Source of the DNA: a virus | Lineage: Duplodnaviria > Caudoviricetes | IMG/VR virus record: IMGVR_UViG_3300044681_000374 | Location: 1-33,201 of that record | Length of the DNA stretch: 33,201 nucleotides | Reading direction: 5' to 3' (one strand) | Part shown: in pieces, positions 7,896 through 15,142 of the stretch | How the letters are laid out: each line of letters opens with the position of its first letter | How positions within the stretch are numbered: the stretch's first letter is position 1 | Translations under genes and position numbers: made by a program | Notes under the pieces: generated by a model | The model's input: the letters and a program-made list of their open reading frames with translations, nothing else | What the model was told of the DNA's origin: nothing | Database searches by the model: none

Positions 7896-8068
7896 ACAAT
7901 CACGGCTATCCACCGCAAAATAAGCAGTCCTGTGCGAACTGCTATTACTACATCAGAGCTGCGTGCCGTCGCCGCGCTCCAGACCCGCCCTTGCGAATGG
8001 CGTATTGGCCATGCGTCATGAGCGACGAGTGGTGCGGCGAATGGGCCCCGAAGGAGGTGAGCCAATGA
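7892..8068 (+). CDS. Small Cys-rich protein (58 aa; CANC...CRRRAP...WPCVMSDEWCGEW), absent from the ORF track
   Basis: Translated by hand; ATGA-coupled at both ends; the CxxC...CRR.AP...WP...WCGE pattern is common in small phage metal-binding proteins. Confidence 0.75.
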   Translation: MNNHGYPPQNKQSCANCYYYIRAACRRRAPDPPLRMAYWPCVMSDEWCGEWAPKEVSQ

Positions 8069-8634
8069 GGTGCCCACATTGCGGTTGGAACAACACCAAG
8101 GTCGAAGAAACCCGGCCACGGGAGGAAGGCGATCTGCGATACCGACGCTGCCTTAGTTGCTGCCAGCGTTTCACCACCATGGAGCGGGTGTGCATCAACG
8201 ACCCAGGCGCCGCTGGTTATCTCGACGCGCATCCCCTGCGGGTGGTGCCGGAGCCCCAGCAACCCGCCAAGGCACCGGCCAAGGCCGCCCGCACTGCCCG
8301 GTTCATGCCGGACGAGGTGCCCGAGGAGTTCGGCATCACCCCCGAGGCCGCCCCGCTGCTGCTGCAGTGGTGGCGCGAAAGCCGCCGCAGCAAGCACGGC
8401 AGCAAAGCCACCTGGACTGAGGCTGCCTGGCTGGGCAGCGTTGTCCGGGTGGGCCGGCTGCCGGCTGCCAAGCAGGTCGAGCTCTGCACCGCTGGAGTGG
8501 AGAACGGCTGGCAGGCGCTGCGGGAGGAGTACCTGGGCAGCCACAAGCCGCTCGGCCTGCCGCAGATGGGCCGCCGGCCCATGCCCAAGGACCCCGCCAT
8601 GCTCGCCGCGCTGGAGGAGCCATGGCCGGCCTGA
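8065..8634 (+). CDS. NrdR-type zinc ribbon fused to a replication-initiator-like C-terminal domain (189 aa)
   Basis: Strong RBS AAGGAGGT at 8051. MRCPHCG..TKVEETR...RYRRCLSCCQRFTTMERV matches the NrdR N-terminus but no ATP cone follows; the C-terminus WWRESRRSK...AGVENGWQAL resembles phage replisome-organiser tails. Confidence 0.6.
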   Translation: MRCPHCGWNNTKVEETRPREEGDLRYRRCLSCCQRFTTMERVCINDPGAAGYLDAHPLRVVPEPQQPAKAPAKAARTARFMPDEVPEEFGITPEAAPLLLQWWRESRRSKHGSKATWTEAAWLGSVVRVGRLPAAKQVELCTAGVENGWQALREEYLGSHKPLGLPQMGRRPMPKDPAMLAALEEPWPA

Positions 8635-9140
8635 CTGCCGAGACCTTCCTGGCGGTTGCCGAAATGGTGGCCGGCCACCTGCGGCTCAAGGAGGCCGACC
8701 GCTGGAGTCCCCATGTCTGCCGGCTCAAGCTCCACAGCTTCAAAGCTGAGTTCCCCGAGGTGAACGACCCGCAGCTGATGTGGGCCGCCGAGAGGTGGAT
8801 CCAGTCCACCGACCCCCAGGCGTTCCATCGCTTCCCGATCTGGGCTGAGCTGATGGCACCGCTGTACCGGACCGAGGGCGGGCTGGCGAATCGCAGCTGG
8901 GGCCCCAAAGAGGACCTGCCGAAGTTCGTTCAGTTCAAGCCCGCCCAGCTGGCGCTGCTGCCCGAGGCGCCCGCCTCGATCCATGCCGCGCCCGACCCGG
9001 CCAATGCCCAGGCCTATGCGCTGGTGCAGGGCAGCCAGCGCCCAGCGCTCCCGCCCGCCGAGGAGGCCCAGGGCCTCACCGATGAGCAGTGGCAGGCCTA
9101 CCTGCAGCAGGTGCGGGAGGAGGCGACATGCAGCCCCTGA
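8622..9140 (+). CDS. Putative helicase loader/inhibitor-like protein (lambda P / SPP1 G39P-like position and pattern)
   Basis: Overlaps the previous gene; AAERWIQ...RFPIWAEL resembles the A...I.....FP..AE pattern of loader-inhibitor proteins. The function is an inference. Confidence 0.45.
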   Translation: MAGLTAETFLAVAEMVAGHLRLKEADRWSPHVCRLKLHSFKAEFPEVNDPQLMWAAERWIQSTDPQAFHRFPIWAELMAPLYRTEGGLANRSWGPKEDLPKFVQFKPAQLALLPEAPASIHAAPDPANAQAYALVQGSQRPALPPAEEAQGLTDEQWQAYLQQVREEATCSP

Positions 9141-9346
9141 TCAGCGGCACTGCACTGCAGGGGATCCTCGAAAAGGGTCTGCTCCAGGGGTACTGGTCGA
9201 TCGACCAGTTCAACCGGACGAGCAAGAAAGGCGAGCCGGTGTTGCCCACGCCTGGGTTCATCACCGAGCACCCGCAGTTCTTCGACCGGAGCCACCGCGA
9301 TCTCGATGCATACGCCAAAGGCGCGGGCAGGAGGGACTGGTTTTGA
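9128..9346 (+). CDS. Hypothetical protein (72 aa, MQPLISGTALQGILEKGL...)
   Basis: GGAGG RBS, overlaps neighbours, plausible codon usage. Confidence 0.65.
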   Translation: MQPLISGTALQGILEKGLLQGYWSIDQFNRTSKKGEPVLPTPGFITEHPQFFDRSHRDLDAYAKGAGRRDWF

Positions 9347-9570
9347 CCTGGCCCACTGAGTACGAGATCGGCCAGCCGGTGCGCGTCCACTACCAGGGCG
9401 GATGGCGCAGCGGCCAGGTGGTCTCCACCCGCACCCGCAGCTGCATGGTCCTGCTGGTGCGCGGCAGCAATCAGCAGACCATCAACATCCACGACCCCCG
9501 CAACATTCAGCCATGCCCCCCGCCAAAGACGACCGACTCGATGTTGAACGATCAGCTGTCCTTCGGCTGA
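9343..9570 (+). CDS. Small SH3/Tudor-like beta-barrel protein (75 aa)
   Basis: TTG start overlapping the previous stop; YEIGQPVRVHYQGGWRSGQVV pattern. Confidence 0.55.
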   Translation: MTWPTEYEIGQPVRVHYQGGWRSGQVVSTRTRSCMVLLVRGSNQQTINIHDPRNIQPCPPPKTTDSMLNDQLSFG

Positions 9571-9680
9571 GAAGTGATGCGCTGCAACGTGTGCAGCAAT
9601 CAGGCGAGAGTTTTTCTGGCCGCTGGTGGGATGGCTACCTGCAGGCTATCGACCACATCCTCGAAATGGAGAACGAATGA
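9513..9680 (+). CDS. Hypothetical protein (55 aa, ...WWDGYLQAIDHILEMENE)
   Basis: Stop overlaps the next ATG; C-terminal pattern familiar from small cyanophage proteins. Confidence 0.6.
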   Translation: MPPAKDDRLDVERSAVLRLRSDALQRVQQSGESFSGRWWDGYLQAIDHILEMENE

Positions 9681-9907
9681 TGCACTGGAGCGAATCAAAA
9701 ATCTACGAGCTTGAGGGCCCGCAGCCTGTCATCGGCCCAGGCCGCAGCCGCCCAAAACCAACTGAGTCATCCAGGCTGTATCGGCTCCGGGTCAAGCTGC
9801 CCGGCAAACCACAGATGACGGTCACGCTGCCAGCGCCCACCCGAGGCAAAGCAATCATGTACTGCAAGAACCGCTGGCCAGGTTGTGATGCGGAGGTGGT
9901 GGAGTGA
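9677..9907 (+). CDS. Hypothetical protein (76 aa, ...AIMYCKNRWP)
   Basis: ATGA/GTGA coupling on both sides; GGAG RBS. Confidence 0.65.
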   Translation: MMHWSESKIYELEGPQPVIGPGRSRPKPTESSRLYRLRVKLPGKPQMTVTLPAPTRGKAIMYCKNRWPGCDAEVVE

Positions 9908-10203
9908 GCACTGATTTCAGAGAGCTGTGCGCTGAGCTGCTGAAAGGGCTGGACGAAAATCGCCACCCCGAGGTGCGGTATCCGGGGCATTTGCGGATCA
10001 CTATGGCCAACGCCCGCGCCGCCCTAGCACAGCCCGGAGGTGGGCTAGTGGAGAGGGTGCATAGCTGCATCGTGGGCGAGCCGCCGTGCGGCCACATGCA
10101 GGCCCGCGCCGCCATCCGCGAAGTCGCAGCAGCTGCCAAGGATCTCCGGTTCACCACCGCCAAGGCCCTGATCGCTTGGCTGGAGCGGGAGGCATCGCGA
10201 TGA
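9904..10203 (+). CDS. Hypothetical protein with TDFRxLCAEL N-terminus (99 aa)
   Basis: GGAGG RBS, coupled start; N-terminal motif familiar from freshwater cyanophage small proteins. Confidence 0.65.
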   Translation: MSTDFRELCAELLKGLDENRHPEVRYPGHLRITMANARAALAQPGGGLVERVHSCIVGEPPCGHMQARAAIREVAAAAKDLRFTTAKALIAWLEREASR

Positions 10204-10436
10204 AGCCATCCACGCTTGATCTCGGCGGCGGCATGACTGCCAGTGCCCACCGTGGCGGCCCGTCCGGTCGCTACTTCGTTGGCTACTCCAAAGGCATCAG
10301 CGGTCTGTTCGATGGCATCGAATCGCTGCGCCGTTTTCTTCGCCTCCCACCTGGGACGCCAAGCCGTCAGGCCTTTGACGAATGGGCAAACAGCCTTGAA
10401 CACCCCGAGCCGACCACGAATGAAAGCCCTGATTGA
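10200..10436 (+). CDS. Hypothetical protein (78 aa, MKPSTLDLGGG...)
   Basis: GGAGG RBS and ATGA coupling. Confidence 0.6.
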   Translation: MKPSTLDLGGGMTASAHRGGPSGRYFVGYSKGISGLFDGIESLRRFLRLPPGTPSRQAFDEWANSLEHPEPTTNESPD

Positions 10437-11160
10437 TACCGAGGTCTATCTGTTCCGCGCTGCTGCAGCGTGCGAAATGGAAGCCGAGTGGGCCCCTGAC
10501 GACTGGACCTACATCTGCCGCCACGGTGATGCGCAGGCCCAGTTCCAAGACCAGATCGCAGAGCTGCTCGACCAGCTGCCGGGTCTCCAGCCGGTGCTGG
10601 TGTTCTCCGCTGGCGTCAGCTTCCGCTATGGCATCTGGCGCTGGTACAAGGCCAACCGCAAGAAGTACCGCAAGCCAGCCGGCTACCGGCAGCTCAGGCA
10701 GTGGGTTGCCCAGGCCGCACCATCCCGCGGCTGGCAGGTGGTCGAGCTGCCCGACATTGAAGGCGATGACGTGCTCGGCGTGCTCTACGAACAGGGCGAC
10801 GTGATCGTGTCGATCGACAAGGACATGCTCACCCTGCCCGGCTACCACCTGCGGGATGGCCAAATCATTGAGGTGTCCCGGCACGACGCGGACATGGCGT
10901 TCTACACCCAGGCCCTGGTCGGTGACACCAGCGACAACTACCCCGGCTGCCCGGGCTATGGGCCCGTCGCTGCAGGGAAGGCTCTAGCCGGGTGCTCAAC
11001 CGAGAGTGAAATGTGGGCGGCAGTTGTTGCCGCCTTCGCCAAGAAAGGCCTCGATGAGCGCTATGCCATCCAGCAAGCCCGCTGCGCTCGCATCCTTCGG
11101 CCCGGCGAATACGACCTGGACAGCCACACTGTCCGCCTATGGGAGCCCCCGGTAGCCTAA
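10420..11160 (+). CDS. 5'-3' exonuclease, T7 gp6-like
   Basis: MKALIDTE, YKANRK, EGDDVLG, SIDKDM and LVGDTSDNYPGCPGYGP motifs. Start placed at ATG 10420. Confidence 0.93.
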   Translation: MKALIDTEVYLFRAAAACEMEAEWAPDDWTYICRHGDAQAQFQDQIAELLDQLPGLQPVLVFSAGVSFRYGIWRWYKANRKKYRKPAGYRQLRQWVAQAAPSRGWQVVELPDIEGDDVLGVLYEQGDVIVSIDKDMLTLPGYHLRDGQIIEVSRHDADMAFYTQALVGDTSDNYPGCPGYGPVAAGKALAGCSTESEMWAAVVAAFAKKGLDERYAIQQARCARILRPGEYDLDSHTVRLWEPPVA

Positions 11161-11165
11161 GGAGG

Positions 11166-11181
11166 TCTGCACAGGTGCAGT
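11166..11181. promoter_or_regulatory. Palindromic box TCTGCA-CAGG-TGCAGT (copy 3, start of the virion module)
   Basis: Recurrent motif, 5 nt after the exonuclease stop and overlapping the next GTG. Confidence 0.65.
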
Positions 11182-11347
11182 GTTTCCACTCGTCAGTGAC
11201 GAATTGATCGCCAGGCTTGAGGCCACCTTTGGCCAAAAGCCCGATCGCTCGATGAGCCATCGGGAGATTGATCACTGGATCGGCGAGCAGAGCGTGGTGG
11301 ACTGCATCAAGCGCTGGCACGCCGAACAGCAGGGAGGGCTGAGCTGA
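11180..11347 (+). CDS. Small protein in the T7 gp6.5-like position (55 aa, MFPLVSDELIARLEATF...REIDHWIGEQSVVDCIKRW), absent from the ORF track
   Basis: Hand translation; TGATG-coupled to the next gene; lies between the exonuclease and the gp6.7-like genes. Confidence 0.7.
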   Translation: MFPLVSDELIARLEATFGQKPDRSMSHREIDHWIGEQSVVDCIKRWHAEQQGGLS

Positions 11348-11748
11348 TGTGCGTTGGCGGCTCGGCCCCCAGGGCCACGATCACCGTTCCCAACTACGAG
11401 CGCTACGACCGGATGCTCGATCGGCAGATCGAGCTCACCCAGTCCATCCAGAACACCAAGACGCTGGCGAAGCAGGAGAAGCTGAACTTCGCCATTGCCC
11501 AGCAGCAGGGGGCGCTGGCCAATCTGCTGAGCGTGGAGGAGGCCCGGGCCAACGCAACCGCCGCCGACGCGCAGCGCATGGCGGCGCTGATTGGCACGCC
11601 GCCGCCGGAGCCGACAGCTAAGGCGCCGGTCATTGGTGACAGCCGCAAGGGCATGAGCCAGGTGGAGGGCAAGCGCGGCCTGCGAATCGACCGCAGATCC
11701 CGCTCCTCCAGCGCTTCCGGCGCTGGTCTCAACATCGCTCGGTATTGA
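11347..11748 (+). CDS. gp6.7/7.3-like small virion protein A
   Basis: Starts MCVGG and ends LRIDR...GAGLNIARY; located before the portal. Confidence 0.7.
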   Translation: MCVGGSAPRATITVPNYERYDRMLDRQIELTQSIQNTKTLAKQEKLNFAIAQQQGALANLLSVEEARANATAADAQRMAALIGTPPPEPTAKAPVIGDSRKGMSQVEGKRGLRIDRRSRSSSASGAGLNIARY

Positions 11749-11750
11749 CC

Positions 11751-12134
11751 ATGTGCACAGGATCCAGCCCAAGCCGCCCGAAGGTGAAGGAGGTGGGGCC
11801 AAGCAAGAAGGAGATGAGGCAGCAGAAGAAGGAGATCCGCGGGTTGAAGGCAGAGATCCGCGACACCCAAAAGGATTTCCGCCAGCAGTTGCAGGCCCAG
11901 ATTGATGCGGCGAACGCTGCAGCGGAAGAGGCCGCAGCCGAGGCCGCTGCGCAGATGGCAGCGATGGAGCTGGCCAACTCCCAGCCCGTCTACAAGGTTG
12001 AGACCACCCAGCAGGAAGCTGTCTCACCCCAGGTCACCCAGCCCGTCCAGCCGCAGCAGCCGATCCGCACCACCGGCAGCCTGACGATCGGGGCCCGCCG
12101 CGCTCCGGCCACTGGTCTGAACATCGGCCGATGA
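11751..12134 (+). CDS. gp6.7/7.3-like small virion protein B
   Basis: Starts MCTGS and ends SLTIG...TGLNIGR; ATGA-coupled to the portal. Confidence 0.7.
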   Translation: MCTGSSPSRPKVKEVGPSKKEMRQQKKEIRGLKAEIRDTQKDFRQQLQAQIDAANAAAEEAAAEAAAQMAAMELANSQPVYKVETTQQEAVSPQVTQPVQPQQPIRTTGSLTIGARRAPATGLNIGR

Positions 12135-13768
12135 CCGCAGAAGCCCGCTACAAGAAGCTCGAACCAGCTCGCAACCACTGGATCGACCGTGGCCGCGAGG
12201 CGGCGGCATTGACGCTGCCATGGCTGCTGCCATTCGATGGCGACCCGGAGCCCCAGGCGCTGGAGAAGATCAGCCACCCGTGGGATGGCATCGGCCAGCG
12301 GGGCGTCCACAACATCGCCAGCCGGCTGCTGCTGGCCCTGCTGCCGCCCACGGAAACCTTCTTTCGGTTCGTCCACGACGACATGGAGTTCGCCCGGCAG
12401 CAGGCACAGCTGGCGGCAGAAGGGATGCCGCCCGAGCGGATCGCTGAGCTCAAGACCCAGATCGACAAGACCCTGGGGCTGATGGAGCGGGCGGTGCTGC
12501 GCAGCATCGAAACCAGCAACGACCGCACCGCGCTGCATGAAGCGCTGCTGCACCTGATCGTGGCCGGCAACTGCATGGCCTATGTCCCCGAGGACGGTTG
12601 CAAGGTGTTCAACCTCTACCGCTACGTCCTGCGGCGCGACCCGATGGGCAAGCCGCTGGAGGCGATCGCCTGTGAGCGGATCCCGGCGGATGAGCTTCCC
12701 GAGGCGGCCCGCAAAATCCTCGACCAGGCCGAGCCGATGGAGGCCGTCTACGAGGACCTCCCCGGCGGCGGGCGAGAGGAGCAACCCGACGAGCGCATGG
12801 TCAAGGTCTACACCCACATCCGCTGGGAGGGGGGGAAGTGCCGCTGGTATCAGGAGCTTAAAGGCCGCCGCATTGAGGGCAGCGAGGGCAGCTCAGACCG
12901 CGACGTGGCGCCCTGGATTCCGCTCCGCATGTTCCGTATCGACGCGGAGGACTACAGCCCCGGCTATGTCGAGGCGGCGTGCATGGCGGATCTACAGACC
13001 GCGAACGCCCTAACCCAGGCCCTGACCGAGGGTGCGCTGGTCAGCGCCATCTGCAAGTTCCTGGCCAAGCCCGGCGCCGCTGTCACTGCCAAGCAGTTCA
13101 ACGAGGCCGCTAACGGCGCCTGCCTCACCGGCAACCCGGAGGACATCACCGCTGTGCAGGTGGGCAAGGGCAGCGACCTGGCCGTGGCCGAGCAGCGGCT
13201 GCAGCGGGTGCAGGCCCGGCTGGCGACCGCCTTCATGCTGAGCGACATCCGCGACAGTGAGCGCACCACCGCCGAGGAGGTGCGGCTGCAGGCGCAGCAG
13301 ATCGAGAACAGCCTGGGCAGTGTCTACTCGATCCTTACGACCGAGTTCCAGTACCCCTACATCAGCCGCCGGCTGCACCTGCTCACCAGGGCGGGCGGCT
13401 TGCCGCCGCTGCCGGACAAGTCGATCAAGCCGGTGGTGTCGGTGGGTCTGGCAGCCGTGGGCCGGGGCAATGACCTGGAGCGGCACGCCCGCTTCATGCA
13501 GATCCTGCAACAGACGATCACCCCCGAAGGCACGCTGGAATACCTGATGCCCACCGAGCTCATCAGCCGGCTGGCGGCAGCCATGGGCATCGACACCGTG
13601 GGCCTGATCAAGACCCAGGAGCAGATCGCCAAGGAGCAGGCCGCTGCCCAGCAGGCCGCCCAGCAGCAGGCGCTCATGCAGTCGGCGATGGCCGACCCGC
13701 AGAAGCTGGCCACCGCCGCGGCCACCGTTCAGGACATGCAACAACCCACTGACGAGCCCTCTGGGTAA
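12131..13768 (+). CDS. Portal (head-to-tail connector), T7 gp8-like
   Basis: GQRGVHNIASRLLLALLPP, LHLIVAGN, YVLRRDPMG, RDSERTTAEEVR and GLAAVGRGND. Confidence 0.96.
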   Translation: MTAEARYKKLEPARNHWIDRGREAAALTLPWLLPFDGDPEPQALEKISHPWDGIGQRGVHNIASRLLLALLPPTETFFRFVHDDMEFARQQAQLAAEGMPPERIAELKTQIDKTLGLMERAVLRSIETSNDRTALHEALLHLIVAGNCMAYVPEDGCKVFNLYRYVLRRDPMGKPLEAIACERIPADELPEAARKILDQAEPMEAVYEDLPGGGREEQPDERMVKVYTHIRWEGGKCRWYQELKGRRIEGSEGSSDRDVAPWIPLRMFRIDAEDYSPGYVEAACMADLQTANALTQALTEGALVSAICKFLAKPGAAVTAKQFNEAANGACLTGNPEDITAVQVGKGSDLAVAEQRLQRVQARLATAFMLSDIRDSERTTAEEVRLQAQQIENSLGSVYSILTTEFQYPYISRRLHLLTRAGGLPPLPDKSIKPVVSVGLAAVGRGNDLERHARFMQILQQTITPEGTLEYLMPTELISRLAAAMGIDTVGLIKTQEQIAKEQAAAQQAAQQQALMQSAMADPQKLATAAATVQDMQQPTDEPSG

Positions 13769-13791
13769 GTCTTTCCTTCCAACCTCTCGCC

Positions 13792-14025
13792 ATGGAACAA
13801 AACGAATCCTTCGGCCTTGTGCTTGCTGATCTCGATTCCGAGTTTCGGCACCGCTGGTCCCGTCGCGGATGGAACGGCCCTGGTCAATTCATCGAGCTGC
13901 AGGTCCCCGATGAGCACAGCAAGATGACCCTCCCTTACATCTTCATCACGACCGTTCAGGGCAGCCGAGTCCCCTGGCTTGCGAGCCAAACCGACCTGCT
14001 TGCCAAGGACTGGTACATCGTTTAA
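13792..14025 (+). CDS. DUF2829 / Thoeris anti-defence Tad2-like protein (77 aa)
   Basis: RRGWNGPGQF...PYIFI...VPWLASQTDLLAKDW signature. Confidence 0.85.
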   Translation: MEQNESFGLVLADLDSEFRHRWSRRGWNGPGQFIELQVPDEHSKMTLPYIFITTVQGSRVPWLASQTDLLAKDWYIV

Positions 14026-14078
14026 GCCCCACGGCCCGCCGGGAGCCGATCCCGGCACGCCATTGAGTTGCTCTGACC

Positions 14079-15035
14079 ATGACCACCACCCCGATCCAAC
14101 CCACTCCCGACCAGCTGGCCCTGGCTGGCCCCGGCTACGACAAAGACGCCCTGGCCGGCTTCCTGCAGGAGATCGCCGAGGAGGACCAGGCCCTGGCCGC
14201 CGGCACGCTGGAGCCCCCGGCGCCAGCGGTTGCCGCGCCCGACTTCCAGACCCTCAGCGTCGAAGGCGACGAGGTGGAGGGCCAGCAGGAGCAGGGCGAG
14301 CAGCGGCCCCTGGCCGGGAAGTTCAAGTCCGCCGAGGACCTGGAGAAGGCCTACCTGGAGCTCCAGAAGAAGCTGGGCCAGCGGCCTGCCGAACCGCCCG
14401 CCCCGTCCGAGCCGGTGGAGGTGAAGCCGCTCACCCGCGAGGAGGCCGTGGCCGGCTATGGCGAGACCGTGGTGGCCGCTGCCGAACAGGAGGGGATCGA
14501 CCTGGCGCAGTGGGATGCCGCTGTGCAGCGGGGCGAGGACACCAGCGAAATGCGGCAGAAGCTGGCCGGCGCCCTGGGCCTGCCCGAGGCGCTGATCGAG
14601 CGCTACGAGGCGGCCTACCGGCCGGCTGAGGACCAGCCCGAGCCCGCCAGTCTGAGCGATGAGGACGCCGCAGCGATCCGCGCTGAAGTGGGCGGCGATG
14701 CCAAGTTCGCCGAGCTCAGCCAGTGGGCCCGGGCCAATCTGAGCGAGGCTGAACTGGCCGACTACAACGATGCGGTGAACACCGGCAACCCGGCTGCTGC
14801 CCGCGCTGCAGTGCGCTGGCTGCAGGGCCGGGCCGCCACAGCGGACACGGAGCCGGCCCTGGTGATGGCCAGCGGCGGCACCGCCAACCCTGCTCTGGAT
14901 GTGTTCGAGACCGAGGAGGAGGCGATGGAGGCCAAGCAGGTGCTCACCAAAGGCGGCAAGCAGCGCTACCTGGTGGACGAGAGATACCGGCGTTACATCG
15001 ACGCCAAGTTTGCACGCTCGCCGATATTCCTGTAG
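14079..15035 (+). CDS. Capsid assembly scaffolding protein, T7 gp9-like
   Basis: LAGKFKSAEDLEKAYLELQKKLG and VGGDAKFAELSQWARANL; acidic; lies between portal and capsid. Confidence 0.92.
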   Translation: MTTTPIQPTPDQLALAGPGYDKDALAGFLQEIAEEDQALAAGTLEPPAPAVAAPDFQTLSVEGDEVEGQQEQGEQRPLAGKFKSAEDLEKAYLELQKKLGQRPAEPPAPSEPVEVKPLTREEAVAGYGETVVAAAEQEGIDLAQWDAAVQRGEDTSEMRQKLAGALGLPEALIERYEAAYRPAEDQPEPASLSDEDAAAIRAEVGGDAKFAELSQWARANLSEAELADYNDAVNTGNPAAARAAVRWLQGRAATADTEPALVMASGGTANPALDVFETEEEAMEAKQVLTKGGKQRYLVDERYRRYIDAKFARSPIFL

Positions 15036-15053
15036 AAGGTGTGCATGAGTACG

Positions 15054-15069
15054 TCTGCACTCACGCAGA
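15054..15069. promoter_or_regulatory. Palindromic box TCTGCA-CTCA-CGCAGA (copy 4, upstream of the major capsid gene)
   Basis: Recurrent motif in the scaffold-capsid intergenic region. Confidence 0.65.
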
Positions 15070-15142
15070 GCACAGGCCGGCCTAGGCCGACACCCTGATC
15101 GCAAAACCGTAGAGACGGCAGAGGCTCACAGCAAACCTTGCA

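Noticed and set aside
8260-8300. Iterons inside the putative initiator gene (GCCAAGGC twice)
   Set aside because: Only two short copies, explained by the PAKAPAKA peptide, with no adjacent AT-rich unwinding region.
8065-8634. Calling this gene nrdR
   Set aside because: No ATP-cone domain; only the zinc ribbon matches.
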